From: a virus
Taxonomy: Duplodnaviria; Caudoviricetes
Virus record (IMG/VR): IMGVR_UViG_3300020411_000002
Reading direction: 5' to 3' (one strand)
Length of the DNA: 64,000 nt
Shown: positions 45,882 through 56,152 of the stretch, piece by piece
How the letters are laid out: each line of letters opens with the position of its first letter
Position numbering within the stretch: position 1 is the stretch's first letter
Made by a program: the position numbers and the translations under genes
The notes under the pieces: generated by a model
What the model was told of the DNA's origin: nothing
Databases searched by the model: none
The model's input: only the letters and a program-made list of their open reading frames with translations

Positions 45882-46448
45882 ATGTTATCCTTCTATCCGT
45901 TAATAACAAAGAACAGGGACTTGTTCTCTTATGAGATAAGGAAGAGCGTAGTAGAAGATCTTTCTATGGGTAAACGCCCAGGTGAGATTCTTGTGCTAAC
46001 TCATGACAATCGAATCAGTTTCTTGTTGGATGAACTTCGTAGAAACGTTACAGTATCGAATGAATCGGACTCGTTGCCTTTCAACCTGTTCGATTCATTC
46101 AGCCCTTTCCAATTAGATAGAAAAACTGTAAAGACACGAGCAGTAGTTAACACAAGCTATACAAGTACGATTGGTACGAATTTAAGTCGAACCGGATTTA
46201 GAACAGTTTATATGGTCATACCAAAAGCTTGGGAAGACTTTATAGGTTCTCTTTCCAGTGATCTTACATTCGACGATTTTTGTAAGTATCTAGCCCGAGT
46301 AAATGGGCAAAGCTTTTTGCAGTTCCTACATAATATCTCTAGACCAACATCTTTTGAATTTGAGTTAGAAATACACATAGTCTGCTCTAGTCGAAAGACT
46401 TACACGGCTCTAAAGAAATATTTAAGGAAGGCAAAAGCGGTAGAATAA
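45882..46448 (+). CDS. Hypothetical protein
   Basis: 188 aa with RBS GAGG. Confidence 0.65.
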   Translation: MLSFYPLITKNRDLFSYEIRKSVVEDLSMGKRPGEILVLTHDNRISFLLDELRRNVTVSNESDSLPFNLFDSFSPFQLDRKTVKTRAVVNTSYTSTIGTNLSRTGFRTVYMVIPKAWEDFIGSLSSDLTFDDFCKYLARVNGQSFLQFLHNISRPTSFEFELEIHIVCSSRKTYTALKKYLRKAKAVE

Positions 46449-46458
46449 TAGGAAAGAA

Positions 46459-47478
46459 ATGAACAAAATTGGATTCGCCTGTAAATTTGTTTATCCTGAC
46501 CGAAGTCTGCCTCTAAAGCAGATTAACGAAATTGAACGGCAGTACAATATGAAATCTACTACCGTTAAATGGTTACGCGATAATAAAAAGCAGGCACATG
46601 GAAAGCTAGAAGAGATTTGCCTCTACAACGCACAGTGTATACTTAACTTAGTCAGTATGGTAAGTAGCTGGCCTGTGTCGCTAAGAATGGTACGTATAGG
46701 GAGTGATGTACTCCCTGTATACACCCATGCTGAATTTCGTGACTTCTACAAGAAAGCTAAATTCATGGATAAAGTAGAGTCACTACTCAGTGAAGCTGGG
46801 CATATCGCCCGAACTAAAAACGTCAAGCTATCTATGCACCCCGGTCAGTTTTGCGTTCTTGCATCTGACAAACCCCACGTACTAACAAACTCTATAGAAG
46901 AATTTGAATATCATGTTGATTTAATTCGCATGATGGGCTTCGGAAAGTCTAAACTTGATTTTAAATGTAATGTACACTTGTCTGGTGCAGGTGGAGCGGA
47001 AACATTCAAGCAGACTTACAAGAAACTTTCAAATGAGGCTAGAAGGGTTATCACTCTAGAGAACGACGAATTCAGTTCAGACCTGAATGACTTGTTGCCT
47101 CTATCCAAACTCGTAGGAATTGTTTTAGACTTGCACCACTATTGGGTCTATAATGAAAAGTACATTGAGTCCAACGACCCGCGATTGAAAATAATCGAAG
47201 ACAGTTGGCAAGGTGTTACTCCTACCATCCACTACTCCTATAGCAGAGAAGATTACGTATCTGATGTATTCGGGCAGAGACCTGATATGCGTACACTTCT
47301 GTCCCATGGAACTCCCAAAACCAAACTACGCGCACATAGCGACTTCTATCCAAACGCTACAGTTAACCGTTATGTCCTTTCTTTTCTCAAACGCTTTGAT
47401 ATCATGTGTGAAGCAAAAGCTAAAAACCTAGCTAGCTGGCAATTGTACGCTCAGGCACAGCAGGTTAAGTACTTATAA
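46459..47478 (+). CDS. uvsE: UV-damage endonuclease UvsE/UvdE
   Basis: IGFACK, SMHPGQF.VLAS, EFEYH, LENDE, LDLHH, RAHSD, MCEAKAKNLA. Confidence 0.9.
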   Translation: MNKIGFACKFVYPDRSLPLKQINEIERQYNMKSTTVKWLRDNKKQAHGKLEEICLYNAQCILNLVSMVSSWPVSLRMVRIGSDVLPVYTHAEFRDFYKKAKFMDKVESLLSEAGHIARTKNVKLSMHPGQFCVLASDKPHVLTNSIEEFEYHVDLIRMMGFGKSKLDFKCNVHLSGAGGAETFKQTYKKLSNEARRVITLENDEFSSDLNDLLPLSKLVGIVLDLHHYWVYNEKYIESNDPRLKIIEDSWQGVTPTIHYSYSREDYVSDVFGQRPDMRTLLSHGTPKTKLRAHSDFYPNATVNRYVLSFLKRFDIMCEAKAKNLASWQLYAQAQQVKYL

Positions 47479-47492
47479 TTATTTTTTAGACG

Positions 47493-47535
47493 GGACAAAA
47501 CTGCTCTGTTTTTATAGCGCATATTGTAGTATAGT
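47493..47535 (+). promoter_or_regulatory. GGACAAAA-N29-TATAGT promoter
   Basis: GGACAAAA 47493-47500; TATAGT 47530-47535. Confidence 0.55.
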
Positions 47536-47637
47536 AGCACAACGCTGAGTTAAGCGTTAAAACGTGTGTTTTTGTATAAAAAACATACACCTAAATAAAA
47601 GTGTAAATAGTAATATATAAACTATGCATTTGGGGAA

Positions 47638-47872
47638 ATGATGAATCTTTTTGATCAACTTGATAAAGCATTCGAAAAGGAATTCAAACAGGTAGCTAAG
47701 AAAACTCCTAGCAAACCTGTAGACTGTAAAAGGAAAGAAAATGGTAATAAAAAGCAGCAACAAAAACTACAATAAAGCTAAGCGCGTTTTTATGGATATA
47801 CTATACAGTCCAGTCGGCGCTATTTTATTTGTGCTATTGATAGTGTTAGTATTAGCTCTATTTGGGGAATAA
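47638..47872 (+). CDS. Two overlapping small ORFs, 47638-47775 (45 aa, basic) and 47741-47872 (43 aa, C-terminal TM)
   Basis: Lie between TGTAAATA motifs at 47602 and 47876; weak RBS GGGG / AGGA. Confidence 0.4.
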
Positions 47873-47931
47873 AAGTGTAAATAACGGTTATGGGGACTTT
47901 TTAGTTCCCATAAATTGTTTCTATTCGATAT

Positions 47932-48321
47932 TTGGAACACCCTATGGAAAAGTTAAACGAACTATTAAATGGAATTCCTTATGACCTAATGCGTGTGTAT
48001 TATGCCAAGCGTATTGGTCGATATATAAAGAAAGCGCACAAATGCCCTAAGAACGAATCGCGTTTGTTTTTAAAGCGCGTAGTTAAGACGATAGACCTAG
48101 TGTATTCAATGCGCAAATATGATGAACGTGTGTTTTTAACCTATCGCGCCTTGATTCAAAAGACTTTTGGAACTTCTGCATTCTTGTTCTATGTGCAACA
48201 CTTAGATAGAGATAACTTTTCAAGCTTTTCTAGGCATTATTTTTTAAACCATTTAACGGTCGATGATGTGTACGCCGAGATCGATAGAAATATAACGGGA
48301 CAAAACTTACAAGAAACTTAA
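47932..48321 (+). CDS. Hypothetical protein
   Basis: 129 aa ORF. Confidence 0.6.
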   Translation: MEHPMEKLNELLNGIPYDLMRVYYAKRIGRYIKKAHKCPKNESRLFLKRVVKTIDLVYSMRKYDERVFLTYRALIQKTFGTSAFLFYVQHLDRDNFSSFSRHYFLNHLTVDDVYAEIDRNITGQNLQET

Positions 48322-48339
48322 ACTGTTCTTTGCTATACT
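48298..48339 (+). promoter_or_regulatory. GGACAAAA-N28-TATACT promoter
   Basis: GGACAAAA 48298-48305; TGCTATACT. Confidence 0.65.
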
Positions 48340-48377
48340 TTCATTACTGCACTAAACAGTAAACAAGAGGAAATACT

Positions 48378-48704
48378 ATGAATGACAAACAAATGCAAAA
48401 CGCATTCATGTCGGTTAGATTTGAAACCGCATGCCTTGATAAATCTTTGCAGAAATCTGGACGCTCACTTTCAGACGATAGCGTTTGGGAAGAAGTCTTT
48501 AAGTCTGCGGAAGAATGCGGCAAACTGTTCTATCAATTTGCTGGCGTGATTGTTGAGCCAAGCTTTGAGAACGAAGATGAAGAAGCTATGTCTGCGTATA
48601 GCGACTTTGTAGAGAACAATTCAAACTGGCCTAACTGGATTAGTTCTGTCCTAGATTCCAATTGGAAGAAAGTTGCAGAGCTTGTTAGAGAGAACGGTTA
48701 CTAG
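48378..48704 (+). CDS. Hypothetical protein
   Basis: 108 aa with RBS GAGG. Confidence 0.7.
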   Translation: MNDKQMQNAFMSVRFETACLDKSLQKSGRSLSDDSVWEEVFKSAEECGKLFYQFAGVIVEPSFENEDEEAMSAYSDFVENNSNWPNWISSVLDSNWKKVAELVRENGY

Positions 48705-48758
48705 GTTATAAGCTAGTGGGTTTTACGAAATCCACTGACGTATAACTTAACTATAGCG

Positions 48759-48800
48759 GGACAAAATGTTCAAAACATCACTGCTATATTTTGCTATACT
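48759..48800 (+). promoter_or_regulatory. GGACAAAA-N28-TATACT promoter
   Basis: GGACAAAA 48759-48766; TGCTATACT. Confidence 0.65.
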
Positions 48801-48863
48801 TGTAGACGCTGGAAACAGCACACTTTTGTATTTTATTTTTAATCTTTCGTAGGAAACAGATAT

Positions 48864-50678
48864 ATGTCTATTTTAACAGATGCAAGCATGGTAGGTAAAA
48901 CAGTTAAAGCGCTAAACGGCGACCGTTGTAAGATCGTTAAAGCGTTAAAAGACAACTACAAGCTTGATAACGGAAATCTAATTCGTGCAAAGCAAGTTAT
49001 GCAGAAAGGGCGTGGATTTGTTCAGACTGACCTTACAATGCGCGATCTTGAAGACTCAGGTGCTGGATACGTAACACTAAAAGATTCTGGTACATCGAAG
49101 ACACCAGCAAAAAAGCCTGCAAACAAACCGGCTTCGAGTGGAACAAAGCAATCCAAAAACTCGGCGAAATCCAAAGAAGAAAAAACTGAGACTCGCCGCA
49201 AGCGTAAGCCAAAGCAAGAATCTAAAGAAGAAAAAGCTTCTACTCCACGCCGTACTCAAAGTTCAAAAACTAAGACACCAGCTAAAACACCTGATAAGAC
49301 ACCAGCTAAAACTAAGTCTAAGATTGAGCGTGTAGCGCTTGAAGGCAACAGCAAGTCTACATTGGAAAAGCTGCGTAAATTTATTGATATCACCGTGAAC
49401 GAACATTTAGTTACGTATCACTCAAACATTAATGCCGTAACTACAGGCGTATTAGTCAACAAAGACTATGACCAGATCGAATTCCAAGTTCGAGTAGCTC
49501 TAGACGTTCCTAAACCTGAACATCACAACAACGAATATTACTTTGCAATTGCTAAAGAAATCGGCGCGAACCTTAAAACACCTAGCTCAAAAATTCAAGC
49601 TATGCTTGCTACTCGCTTAGATATTGACGAAGCGGATCTTGAAGAAGAGTTTGTATTGAGTGTCGGCGATATCTTGCTTGATGAAGAAGGCAATCACCTT
49701 ATCTTCTGTGGTATGACTAAACGCTCTGGTAAGAATCAAATTGTTCTTGTCGATGTTAAGAATGAACAAGCGCTTGAAGTTGACCTGAAGTTCTTTGATA
49801 CGCTTGATTGGACTAGCTCTACACTAACTGAAATGTTCGGTCCTAGCATTGAAGATGTTGACGTTGCCGATGATGACCTGACTGACGACTTCGATATTGA
49901 AGATGAACTTGTACCAATTGCAGAACTTGATTGGGAAAATACAGACCGCGAAACCTTGATTGATTTACTATCTCTGAGCTACTCTGACGAAGACATTATT
50001 GAGTTCTTGGAAAACAACGATGACATCGAAGTGACCAAAGAAGATCTTGAAGCGCCGATTAATGAGTTGATTGAAAATCTGGTTTCTATCATGAAAGATG
50101 AAGAAATCGATTTTGAAGAAGATGATGATCTTGAAGCCGCTCTTGAAGAAGGCGACGACCTTGAAGATGATGAACTTGAAGATGATGAACTTGAAGATGA
50201 TGAACTTGAAGACGACCTAGACGAAGAGCTTGAAGACGAAGAGCTTGAAGACGATCTAGACGACGACCTAGAAGACGGTGAAGAAGTTGAAGTAGAAGAG
50301 CTTGATGTTGATGATATGCTTGAAGAGCTTCTAGCAAGCAATGCAATTACGGCAGCGCAATCTCGTAAAATGTCTGATGAAAAAATCGTAAGCAAATACT
50401 ACGAAGTGTTCGGCGAAGACGAAGACGAAGACGAGCTTGAAGAAGAGGCGGAAGAGTTAACAGTGGATGAAATGGCAGATGCCTTACTTGATGCCGATGT
50501 TATCTCTGCAAAAGAACTTCGCAAAATGAGCGATGAAGATATTGCCGAAGCATACGCTGAAAACTTTGATGCCGAACTTGATGCCGAAGAAGAAATCGAA
50601 GACGAAGACGAAGACGAACTTTTGGATGATGAAGAGCTTCTAGACGAAGACGACCTAGAAGACGACCTAGAAGACTAA
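48864..50678 (+). CDS. Charge-segregated protein with Lys-rich N-terminal linker and Asp/Glu-rich C-half carrying helical repeats
   Basis: 604 aa; KTPAK repeats; EDDELEDD runs; two RKMSDE.I repeats. Confidence 0.8.
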   Translation: MSILTDASMVGKTVKALNGDRCKIVKALKDNYKLDNGNLIRAKQVMQKGRGFVQTDLTMRDLEDSGAGYVTLKDSGTSKTPAKKPANKPASSGTKQSKNSAKSKEEKTETRRKRKPKQESKEEKASTPRRTQSSKTKTPAKTPDKTPAKTKSKIERVALEGNSKSTLEKLRKFIDITVNEHLVTYHSNINAVTTGVLVNKDYDQIEFQVRVALDVPKPEHHNNEYYFAIAKEIGANLKTPSSKIQAMLATRLDIDEADLEEEFVLSVGDILLDEEGNHLIFCGMTKRSGKNQIVLVDVKNEQALEVDLKFFDTLDWTSSTLTEMFGPSIEDVDVADDDLTDDFDIEDELVPIAELDWENTDRETLIDLLSLSYSDEDIIEFLENNDDIEVTKEDLEAPINELIENLVSIMKDEEIDFEEDDDLEAALEEGDDLEDDELEDDELEDDELEDDLDEELEDEELEDDLDDDLEDGEEVEVEELDVDDMLEELLASNAITAAQSRKMSDEKIVSKYYEVFGEDEDEDELEEEAEELTVDEMADALLDADVISAKELRKMSDEDIAEAYAENFDAELDAEEEIEDEDEDELLDDEELLDEDDLEDDLED

Positions 50679-50696
50679 TCTCATTCGGAGGCACTA

Positions 50697-51080
50697 ATGG
50701 AAAATCTTGAATCGATGTTTCTCGGTGCTGTCTATAGTGCAATTATTAAATCTGCAATCTCTAGTAAAGACGGGTACATGACTGTGCCCGAACTTACTAG
50801 CTACATTAACATTCTGCCTAAACGCGGTGTGGAAATGGCAAAGATTGTAAATGCAACTTTGTTGAAGATATCTAAGTTTGAAGCAAAGCACGGTCGACCT
50901 ATGCTCACTGCTATTGTCTGCAAGCAAGACAAAAAGAACAATGATATCTTTCCTAGTGATTGGTTTTTTACTTGCGCTAAAGAAGCGGGTTACGATGTTC
51001 CAGAAAACGAGACAGAAAGACTGACGTTTTGGAAATCTCAATTCGATGAAGTTCACGAATATTGGAACCTAAAAATCTAA
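50697..51080 (+). CDS. Small wHTH-like protein
   Basis: YMTVPELT...RPMLTAIVC...PSDWFF pattern. Confidence 0.55.
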   Translation: MENLESMFLGAVYSAIIKSAISSKDGYMTVPELTSYINILPKRGVEMAKIVNATLLKISKFEAKHGRPMLTAIVCKQDKKNNDIFPSDWFFTCAKEAGYDVPENETERLTFWKSQFDEVHEYWNLKI

Positions 51081-51091
51081 CTGGAAATATT

Positions 51092-52441
51092 ATGTCTTAT
51101 ATAAGAATATTTGACGAAGTAGACCCAGATGGAATTCGCGCACTTGTACATGAGAAGTTAATTTTTCCAGCAGACCCAAAGTTAGACGGGTCTGCTTTAA
51201 CTGTAAAAATTCATGTGCCCGGTGAAGTGTATAAACATACTCAGGTGTTTGAGTTGCGAATATCCAAACACACGTTGAAAAGTCTAATTAAGCAAGCAAG
51301 CAGTGAGTACTCGCCTACGGTGTGTACAAAGATTGCAAGCTTGTATAGAGTTGGTTTAGGTCTGCCTCATTCAAAAGAATGTCATTTGCTATGGACGCAC
51401 TTAGCAGCAGGGTTTAGCCCAAAAGTGAACGGAAGAGTTTTTTCTTATTCTAATATGTTGCGTATACTTCGTGAGCATTGGAAACAGGTGAACTCTTCTA
51501 GTGTAGACCCGAACTGGTTTTATTTTAATACACAAACGGCGCACTATAAAGATTTGTTAGCTAGTACTTTTAGCACACTGAGTACGGAACGATTTATTCA
51601 AAAGAATCCTCCTTTCTCAGCGGCTCCAAGTCTGGATGGTTTAGAGTGTACGTTGGTATATCGCATTGATAAAGGTGCAAACAAAGCTCACCTGTATGCA
51701 GCATACTGTAAAGTGAACAATAAGTTTATGAACTTCACTGTTCAAGCTATGCAGTTTGTACGAAAGGAAATAGAATCAAACGTTCTAAGTTCATTCGGTC
51801 CGTACTTATTTGTTAGTGGTGTAGTGAGTATAAAGGCTCGTAACCTATCTAAACTTAGAAAGTATTGGGGAAAAGATTCTTCGGTCAAACAGCTTATACG
51901 TTGTTCTTTAGACCAAGACGTATTTTCACTTTCTGAAATGGATGGTGTTGATTTGCCTAGCTCTCACCCTAGCAGTGCGTTTGTTAAGAACTACAGATCG
52001 AAGTACAAGAAAGCAGTACGCTTCATTGTAGATAATAGTTCTAAGAAGCGACTCAGCCGCAATACGGTTATAATGCTAAGTAAAGCTACTAATCTGGTAG
52101 AGAAATACGAAGAGCATGAGCAGGTGGTTAACGAAGCAAAGGAAGAGAAACGTAAACTTCGTGAATACGATATCATCCCTAGCCTGTCCTTTGTTGCATA
52201 CGATATGTATAGCTACTGGAACGAAGAGTTAAAGCGGGTTTCAAATCCGCATGAGTCAGTACTAAAATTTCTTAGTACTATGTTTGAAACAATTACAACA
52301 ATAAAGCCGTTGTCTACACCTGAGCGTACTGCGCTAAAGTTGAGTAATAACACTCCACCCGGGTATACGAATAGCGGTGTGATGTACCGGTTAGCAGATG
52401 TATCAAGTACAAAAACTGTAAACTGGATTAAAGTTAAGTAA
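51092..52441 (+). CDS. Hypothetical protein (start moved from 51062)
   Basis: About 450 aa ORF. Confidence 0.7.
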   Translation: MSYIRIFDEVDPDGIRALVHEKLIFPADPKLDGSALTVKIHVPGEVYKHTQVFELRISKHTLKSLIKQASSEYSPTVCTKIASLYRVGLGLPHSKECHLLWTHLAAGFSPKVNGRVFSYSNMLRILREHWKQVNSSSVDPNWFYFNTQTAHYKDLLASTFSTLSTERFIQKNPPFSAAPSLDGLECTLVYRIDKGANKAHLYAAYCKVNNKFMNFTVQAMQFVRKEIESNVLSSFGPYLFVSGVVSIKARNLSKLRKYWGKDSSVKQLIRCSLDQDVFSLSEMDGVDLPSSHPSSAFVKNYRSKYKKAVRFIVDNSSKKRLSRNTVIMLSKATNLVEKYEEHEQVVNEAKEEKRKLREYDIIPSLSFVAYDMYSYWNEELKRVSNPHESVLKFLSTMFETITTIKPLSTPERTALKLSNNTPPGYTNSGVMYRLADVSSTKTVNWIKVK

Positions 52442-52457
52442 TAAAGAGGATTATACA

Positions 52458-53909
52458 ATGTCTAATGATCACGATCAAAATAAAGAAAACGTTTCTGCAA
52501 ATACTAATGTAGTAGAACATGATTCAACAAATTGGAAGCCTTCTGAAAAGAGCGCCGACGCGGAGCAAGTTACACAAGCAAATGTGGAAACTGTAAATAA
52601 TGAGCAGAACGAAAGTTCTAGTGAAATAACTCAACCTGATAATAAGGAAAACGAAGTGACGAATTCAAATGATCGTCAGCGTGCCGTAGCGATGGGTGCT
52701 AAGCTATCTCCCGAAGCTCGCGATGAAGCAATCGCTGAACAAAAAGAACGTAGTAACATTCCAGACCCTGTTACTACAGAGACTGCGAATGCAGACGTTG
52801 AAGTTGAGCTTACTACCGAAGACGCTGTTATGGGTATGGGCGTCGGTGTAGACGTTAGTGAAGCAATGGAGCTTGGTCAAGGCATTAGCAACACATTGCA
52901 AATCAACAAAGACTTGTTTGTTGATATGATGGACACCTACTCGCCGCGCATCGTAGTGCAGTTTATTGTTCCTGCTGGTAACATCGATACAGGTATTGAC
53001 TATCGTGAATTACATGAAGCCGAAGACGGTACTGAGTACAATCGAAACCTTACGATAGCTGTTCCAAAAGAAGGTAAGCCTGGCGGTCTGATGTACGATT
53101 CAGTTATGGAGCTTGTAACTAAAGCTTCTGAGTTCAATAATCTTGAATTCAATCTTGTGTCGGAATCTAACTTGATGGATTCTATGGGTCAGTTCGTAAT
53201 GCGTCGCTTTATCTCTGCACTAAGCGAAAACCCTTTCCCAATGGATGTAGAAGATATGCCGGAGCAACTTGGCTTTAACGCATTTACTTCTGCGGGTCTA
53301 CACCAAGACGACCCTGATACAATCGTAGTATCGCAACTTCTTCCGATACCGACATTAAACGGTGCAGCGAATAAAGCGGAACGTGCTGCAAAGCTTGTTC
53401 AGTACTTTGAACAACAAATCATGAATGCCGACTTAAATGTAGACGTTGAATTCGTTTATGTTGTCGATGCAGAAGAAGCTATCCTAGATAATGCCGCTAC
53501 TGAAATGGTACGCGCACTTACTACGGAACATGACTTCGAAACTGTGACTCTTGGCGATATCTTGAAGTATACAGAAGACAAGATGTTAGATGAAGACGAA
53601 CAATTATGGGACGACGAATACGAAGACTTCTACGAAGAAGAAAGACCTTACGACCCATCTGATGACGATGACGCCTTCGACCCGTCTGATGACGACGAAG
53701 ACGCTGATGAAGAATCTGATGATTTAGACGAAGAAAATGATGATTCTGATTCTGAACTTACTAATGTAGATGAAGACGAAGAAGAAAACTATTCTCTTCC
53801 TCTATCGATTTCACAAGATGCAACGCCTGAGTTGATGTTGGTAAGCACCCGCTTCTGCATCGAAAGCGCTGTAATCAATAACCCAATCTTTTTGGTGAAG
53901 AAGCTTTAA
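52458..53909 (+). CDS. Acidic hypothetical protein
   Basis: 483 aa, RBS GAGG, D/E-rich insert near the C-terminus. Confidence 0.8.
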   Translation: MSNDHDQNKENVSANTNVVEHDSTNWKPSEKSADAEQVTQANVETVNNEQNESSSEITQPDNKENEVTNSNDRQRAVAMGAKLSPEARDEAIAEQKERSNIPDPVTTETANADVEVELTTEDAVMGMGVGVDVSEAMELGQGISNTLQINKDLFVDMMDTYSPRIVVQFIVPAGNIDTGIDYRELHEAEDGTEYNRNLTIAVPKEGKPGGLMYDSVMELVTKASEFNNLEFNLVSESNLMDSMGQFVMRRFISALSENPFPMDVEDMPEQLGFNAFTSAGLHQDDPDTIVVSQLLPIPTLNGAANKAERAAKLVQYFEQQIMNADLNVDVEFVYVVDAEEAILDNAATEMVRALTTEHDFETVTLGDILKYTEDKMLDEDEQLWDDEYEDFYEEERPYDPSDDDDAFDPSDDDEDADEESDDLDEENDDSDSELTNVDEDEEENYSLPLSISQDATPELMLVSTRFCIESAVINNPIFLVKKL

Positions 53910-53937
53910 GCTTCTTCCTTTTTCTCGGAGTAAAGAA

Positions 53938-54468
53938 ATGAAACGTAATACTAAAACTACTGCTAAGAAAACTAAAGCCCCTGCCCGCGGTCGTAAGACT
54001 GGTACTGCTGTAGCTAAAGCTGGTCTTGTTCGTAACTCTCGTTTGCAGAAGCACGAAAGCCGTATCAACAACATGGGTACTGGTAAGCTTAGTGCTAAAC
54101 AGCTTTCATCTGTAGGTGCTTCGGTTGTTGTTCGCGCTAAAGACCAAGTTAGTCAAATGGTTGGTTTCTGCCTATCTGCTGATAACGACAAAGTTGTTAT
54201 TCGTACTAACAAGCGCCACGGTTCTTCTAAAGTAGTTATCAAAACAATCAAGCGTGAAGACATTGCGTATATGATTGGTGACGAAGGTTCTCACACTATG
54301 CTAGGTGTTATCAAAGAAGGCGAAGTGTTAGCGTTACCTAAGTGTACTGTTGAAATGAATGGTTCTATCGCTATCGTTACTGACTTGAAAACAGGTGACG
54401 TTATCGAAATTGACCAGTCTAATCCTAAGCTAGACGTTCAAATCGAATTTGACGAAGCTGCTGCATAA
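53938..54468 (+). CDS. Basic-tailed beta-barrel protein (possible Sm/Hfq-like fold)
   Basis: K/A/R-rich N-terminus; VVVR..MVGFCLSADNDKVVIR..IKREDIAYMI. Confidence 0.6.
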   Translation: MKRNTKTTAKKTKAPARGRKTGTAVAKAGLVRNSRLQKHESRINNMGTGKLSAKQLSSVGASVVVRAKDQVSQMVGFCLSADNDKVVIRTNKRHGSSKVVIKTIKREDIAYMIGDEGSHTMLGVIKEGEVLALPKCTVEMNGSIAIVTDLKTGDVIEIDQSNPKLDVQIEFDEAAA

Positions 54469-54488
54469 AAAGCTGCAAAAGCAAAAAC

Positions 54489-54496
54489 TGTAAATA
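54489..54496 (+). promoter_or_regulatory. TGTAAATA phage promoter motif
   Basis: AAAAACTGTAAATAG before 54557. Confidence 0.55.
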
Positions 54497-54556
54497 GTAC
54501 TCGTAAGCAATTACAATCCAACATTCAAAAACAAAACATCCTTTAAGGAAAAAGAA

Positions 54557-55513
54557 ATGCCAAGAAATGCAAAATCAAAAGCACCTGCAAAGCGTACTGC
54601 TAAGAAGACTAACGAAGCAATCGAGCTATTAAAGTCTTTATTAGTTGGTCTTTCAGAAGCGGCTAACGACGGTGACGCGGAATCTATTGAAATTCTTGAA
54701 GCCGCTGGTCTTTCAGTATCAGGTGAAGCCGTTGAAGATGACGAAGACGAAGAGCTTGAAGATGACGAAGACGAAGACGAACTTGAAGACGACGAAGACT
54801 TTGACCGTGATGAAATCATTGAAGCCTTAGCTGCCTTAAAGATTCGTGGCATTACCAAAGCCAAGTTAAACAAAGCTTCTGATGAAAAACTTCAAGAGCT
54901 TGCGGACAAGCACTTAGAAGACGAAGACGAAGAGCTTGAAGATGACGAAGACGAAGAGCTTGAAGACGAATTTGATCGTGAAGCAGTTATCGAAGAGCTT
55001 GCAGGTTTGCGTATTCGCGGTATCACAAAAGCTAAGCTGAATAAAGCTTCTGATGAAAAACTTCAAGATCTAGCCGATGAACACCTTGGTGAAATCGAAG
55101 ACGAAGAAGACGAAGAGCTTGAAGAAGACGAGGACGAAGTTCCAGATCTTGAAAGCATGGACGACAAAGAGCTAATCGCTCTTGCTAAGAAATTAAAACT
55201 TGGCAAAGGTCGCATGACTGCTGATAAGGCTTTTGACCTTCTTGACGAGCACTTCGCTGAAGGTGAAGAAGACGAAGAGCTTGAAGACGAAGAAGACGAA
55301 GAGCTTGAAGAAGACGAGGACGAAGCTCCAGATCTTGAAGAAATGAGCGAAAAAGAAGTTATCGCTCTAGCCAAGAAACTTGGATTGGTTAAAGGTCGCA
55401 AGGTCTCTTACGACGATGCATACGATGCGCTTGAAGAACACTTCGAAGGCGAAATCGATGAAGACGAAGACGAACTTGAAGACGAAGAAGACGATTGGGA
55501 AGACGATAATTAA
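54557..55513 (+). CDS. Highly acidic protein with two pairs of helix-extension-helix-like repeats
   Basis: IRGITKAKLNKASDEKLQ x2; PDLE.M..KE.IALAKKL.L x2; DEDEELE linkers. Confidence 0.8.
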   Translation: MPRNAKSKAPAKRTAKKTNEAIELLKSLLVGLSEAANDGDAESIEILEAAGLSVSGEAVEDDEDEELEDDEDEDELEDDEDFDRDEIIEALAALKIRGITKAKLNKASDEKLQELADKHLEDEDEELEDDEDEELEDEFDREAVIEELAGLRIRGITKAKLNKASDEKLQDLADEHLGEIEDEEDEELEEDEDEVPDLESMDDKELIALAKKLKLGKGRMTADKAFDLLDEHFAEGEEDEELEDEEDEELEEDEDEAPDLEEMSEKEVIALAKKLGLVKGRKVSYDDAYDALEEHFEGEIDEDEDELEDEEDDWEDDN

Positions 55514-55609
55514 TATCGCCGTTTAATCTCTAAATCCAAATAACTAACTTTTACTTTTAATTACAGGGGGCTGCCCGCCCCCTTACTCTTACAATAATGG
55601 AGAATAAAA

Positions 55610-56152
55610 ATGGCGAAAATGGTATCACTTAAAGCGACTGACTTTAAAGCTGCTGGAACTAAAGTAAGTCAAATTCAAAAATCAATGGAAGGTTTTGCCT
55701 CTATTTCTGCACAACTTGAAGCGCTAGCTGCTAAAGTTGAAAATCCTCGTCTTGCTAAATCAATCACTACTCAGCAAAACAAAATCAATAAAGGTATCGA
55801 GCGCGTTGAAGGTCTTATTGAAGTACTTGTTGAAAAGATGACTTCGGAAGATGCTCCTGTTCCTGCGGCTGCTAAAGCTCCTGCAAAAGCAAAAGCACCT
55901 GCTAAAGCTCCTGCAAAAGCAAAAGCTGCTGCTACTAAAGCTCCTGCTCGTGGTAAAGCTACTGCTAAAACTCCACGCGGTAAAGCTGCTGCTACCAAGA
56001 CTGCAACCAAAGCAAAAGCTCCTGCTCGTGGTAAAGCAAAAGCTGCTGCTACTAAAGCTCCTGCTCGTGGTAAAGCAAAAGCAACTAAAGCACCAGCCCG
56101 TGGTCGCCGTTCAAAAGCTGCTGCTGGCGACGAGTTCGATTTCGAAAGCTAA
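55610..56152 (+). CDS. Histone H1-like Lys/Ala-rich DNA-binding protein
   Basis: N-terminal coiled coil, then AKAPAKAK / ATKAPARGK repeats; GGAG RBS. Confidence 0.8.
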   Translation: MAKMVSLKATDFKAAGTKVSQIQKSMEGFASISAQLEALAAKVENPRLAKSITTQQNKINKGIERVEGLIEVLVEKMTSEDAPVPAAAKAPAKAKAPAKAPAKAKAAATKAPARGKATAKTPRGKAAATKTATKAKAPARGKAKAAATKAPARGKAKATKAPARGRRSKAAAGDEFDFES

